This document shows, in pieces, positions 49,551 through 51,874 of a stretch of DNA of 51,874 bases. Each line of letters starts with the position of its first letter. Position 1 is the first letter of the stretch. The position numbers and the translations under genes are program-made. Source of the stretch: Patescibacteria group bacterium (GTDB lineage: Bacteria > Patescibacteriota > Minisyncoccia > Moranbacterales > UBA1568); contig JBBTWT010000019.1 in NCBI GenBank assembly GCA_038078615.1, positions 1-51,874 on the forward strand, in the 5' to 3' direction. The notes beneath the pieces are model-generated. The model saw only the letters and a list, made by a program, of their open reading frames with translations, did not search any database and was not told where the DNA came from.

Positions 49551-50537
49551 CTATCTGAACTGGGCTCCCGGTCCCTGTGAGCGGATATCCCGATTCAACG
49601 CGGTATCAACCTGGTTTTGCACATTGCCAGTTTCCCTTTGAATATTTGACTGCACCTGCCCTATGCCATTCTGGATGAGATTGCTGATTACTTTATTCGC
49701 CATAGCTGATACGACACCCGCTAACAATGCTCCCGGATTTTCTGCGGTAGCGAGCATCTGGTTCGGGAGATTCTGTACCTGTATTTGGGCCGCTTCAATG
49801 ACTCCGGATGGCGCTATTATCGACCCCCCTGATTCGGATGGCAGAAAACCCCCCTCTGATTTCTTAGCAAGCGCTATCTGCTGTTCTTGTGCCAATTTGT
49901 TCTGATATGCCTGCTCGGCCTGCAAGGCAAAACCGAAAGGATTGTTGGCCGGATTGGAAAAGAACGCGTTGAACGCTCGCCAATCTCCCTCCGCGAACAT
50001 CGCTTGCGGACTCGCGGTGTATTCTTCCAAATTGGTAACATTCGGCGTTCCTCTGGCTACGGTGACATTCCTCCCTACCGTGATCAGATAATTGGCAAAA
50101 CTGTCTTTGATCCCCCCGCCCCTGTTGCCGGCACTCGCATAGTTCGCCGAAGACCCTTTGCCACGCGTCGTCATCGTAAAAAAATCATTCATATACAATT
50201 CCGTCCGCTCTGCTGGTCCCTGGTACAAAAAATCATTGTAGTTGGTGATGAACAATGCCTGCCCCGATGACCCTCCGCCGCCGATGAGCTGTCCCACTTG
50301 CTGATTCAACGCCTGTATGGCCGCCGCTTTCAACGCTCCGAGCAAAGCACCCTCAATCGCTCGTGCGATTTCTTCCATCATTGTCTTCTTAGACACCCCC
50401 ACTTCCGTAGAACCCCAATAGTCTGCCTGAGCGCGAGGCGCTCCCACCATGAGTATACTGGACACAAACAACCAAAAAAGAAGCACTCGCCAAAACACTC
50501 TGGAATCTGTTCTATACTGTAGTTTTGAGAAAAGCAT
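49551..50537 (-). CDS. Hypothetical secreted protein
   Basis: Signal peptide ending AQA; helical Gln/Ala-rich body; NPANNPFG motif. Confidence 0.7.
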   Translation of the reverse strand: MLFSKLQYRTDSRVFWRVLLFWLFVSSILMVGAPRAQADYWGSTEVGVSKKTMMEEIARAIEGALLGALKAAAIQALNQQVGQLIGGGGSSGQALFITNYNDFLYQGPAERTELYMNDFFTMTTRGKGSSANYASAGNRGGGIKDSFANYLITVGRNVTVARGTPNVTNLEEYTASPQAMFAEGDWRAFNAFFSNPANNPFGFALQAEQAYQNKLAQEQQIALAKKSEGGFLPSESGGSIIAPSGVIEAAQIQVQNLPNQMLATAENPGALLAGVVSAMANKVISNLIQNGIGQVQSNIQRETGNVQNQVDTALNRDIRSQGPGAQFR

Positions 50538-50538
50538 A

Positions 50539-51531
50539 CTACAAATTCAATGGGATTTCTTCAATGCCGTAATCAGACAATTTCTGCTGTACTTCATCAA
50601 TAAACCCCTTTATGCCACCAATTAACCCTTGTATCTTGGAAAGTGCGGCTATCTGGCCCAGCGGATCGTGTTCTTTCTGGGACGGGTTGAGCTCTTCTTT
50701 CAATTGCATGGCATACTTGGCCATTTTCAGAGCTTTCACGTGCACGTCGAGCATTTTCTCCGGAACCTCCACGTCTTGCAACTCTGTCAGCATCTTCTCC
50801 CCCTGTTTCGATAGCTGATTGATGTATTCCATATTGCCCGATGACAAAGAGGCAATGAGATCACCGGAAATACCCCCGAGTATCCCGCTCAGCTCATCCT
50901 TTGTCTGAAAAGCGCGTGGCATATTATTCGCCGCCAGATATGCCACGACTGTCAGATACCCGATCGCGTCTTTGCGTTCTTGCTCGGCACGATCCTTGTC
51001 TTTGAGACTCTTGGACAGCTTTTTTATTTTTATACCCTCGATATCGACTTCCGGCAACGTTATTTCTTTTTCAGCACTGCCTTCAAGCATTTTCGTGACG
51101 GAATCATTGATATCCTCCAGAGAAACCGCTTTGCCCTCCTCATCAGTATCTTTCAGGATATTGACAATTTCACTGGAGACCTTCTGCGTCAGGTTTTCCG
51201 ACGCTTCTTGCGTGATAACAAGCGGAACTTCAGCTTCTCTGATTATCTTATCACCGGGGGCGCGCCGCAATGGATCATACCCGCTCTCCACTTCCACACC
51301 ATCACCGTATCCGTCGTCATCGCTATCCTTGTCCGACGGGTCCGTACCGTACAGTTTTTCCTCGTCATTGCTCAGCCCGTCCTGATCGGAATCCTGGAAG
51401 ATATTCTTCGTGCTCGTTGATTCATCCGCGAAAACGAAAACGGCCGCGCTCAAAAGAAGCAGGCTGAAAAAAAGAAACAATGCGAACTTCGTACCCTTCT
51501 CCGGAAAGCTGAGGAAAGACGCTGTATGCAT
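50539..51531 (-). CDS. Secreted/membrane-anchored protein with bacterial TSP3-like Ca-binding repeats
   Basis: DSDQDGLSNDEEKLYGTDPSDKDSDDDGYGDGVEV..GYDP. Confidence 0.75.
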   Translation of the reverse strand: MHTASFLSFPEKGTKFALFLFFSLLLLSAAVFVFADESTSTKNIFQDSDQDGLSNDEEKLYGTDPSDKDSDDDGYGDGVEVESGYDPLRRAPGDKIIREAEVPLVITQEASENLTQKVSSEIVNILKDTDEEGKAVSLEDINDSVTKMLEGSAEKEITLPEVDIEGIKIKKLSKSLKDKDRAEQERKDAIGYLTVVAYLAANNMPRAFQTKDELSGILGGISGDLIASLSSGNMEYINQLSKQGEKMLTELQDVEVPEKMLDVHVKALKMAKYAMQLKEELNPSQKEHDPLGQIAALSKIQGLIGGIKGFIDEVQQKLSDYGIEEIPLNL

Positions 51532-51874
51532 ATCGCGGGTTTGTTTTTTATGTATTTGTATTATATCACATTTTCACGTGCACGCTTCAACGCCATCTTA
51601 GCAAATAAATAATCCCCTGCAAAGCGGAAGCGAGGATGTTTGTTCCGCCGCTATGTCAATTGATGCAATGCGATACATCACCGATCTCTTCTTCTCCGCG
51701 ATGCGCTCGCGAAACGGGCTCCCATACACCGCCCTCGCCGCATTCAACGATGCAGGTCTCCGCTGAAGATGAATACCAGAGCATCTTCCAATAAAATATA
51801 TTATGCAATATTTTTTATATTTGTCAAGCCCTGTACCATTGCAGCGTCAAGTTGACACTTCCCAGTTCTCGGAG

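Noticed and set aside
51598-51874. Possible small gene or RNA at the right edge
   Set aside because: No ORF in the track and no recognisable structure; context is truncated.

Overview
Bacterial chromosomal segment. Gene content and intergenic repeat style suggest a Patescibacteria/CPR (Parcubacteria-like) genome; this is an inference, no search was run. Housekeeping genes (pcrA/uvrD, rsmA, comM, lspA, yraN, pnp, rpsO, ispG, gyrA, rpsA, gmk, tilS, ftsH, Xer-type recombinase, tRNA-Val) are mixed with accessory elements. (1) A T4SS-like cluster (VirB6-like, PrgI, VirB4) at 0.2-11 kb. (2) An IS30 inserted exactly after the start codon of a HATPase gene. (3) Two mirror-image TrmB-regulator/radical-SAM modules around a UbiA gene. 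(4) A complete diversity-generating retroelement (DGR) at 35.7-38.4 kb, whose TR and VR differ at 21 positions, all TR adenines. Its avd gene is inverted and overlaps the RT 5' end, and a shared C11/G11 tract sets the ATG reading frame of both genes. (5) A ~570-nt ORF-free, strongly structured region (30.42-31.0 kb) with its own consensus promoter and terminator, a candidate large non-coding RNA. At least two other apparent single-base homopolymer frameshifts mean assembly error must be excluded for any indel-based claim.
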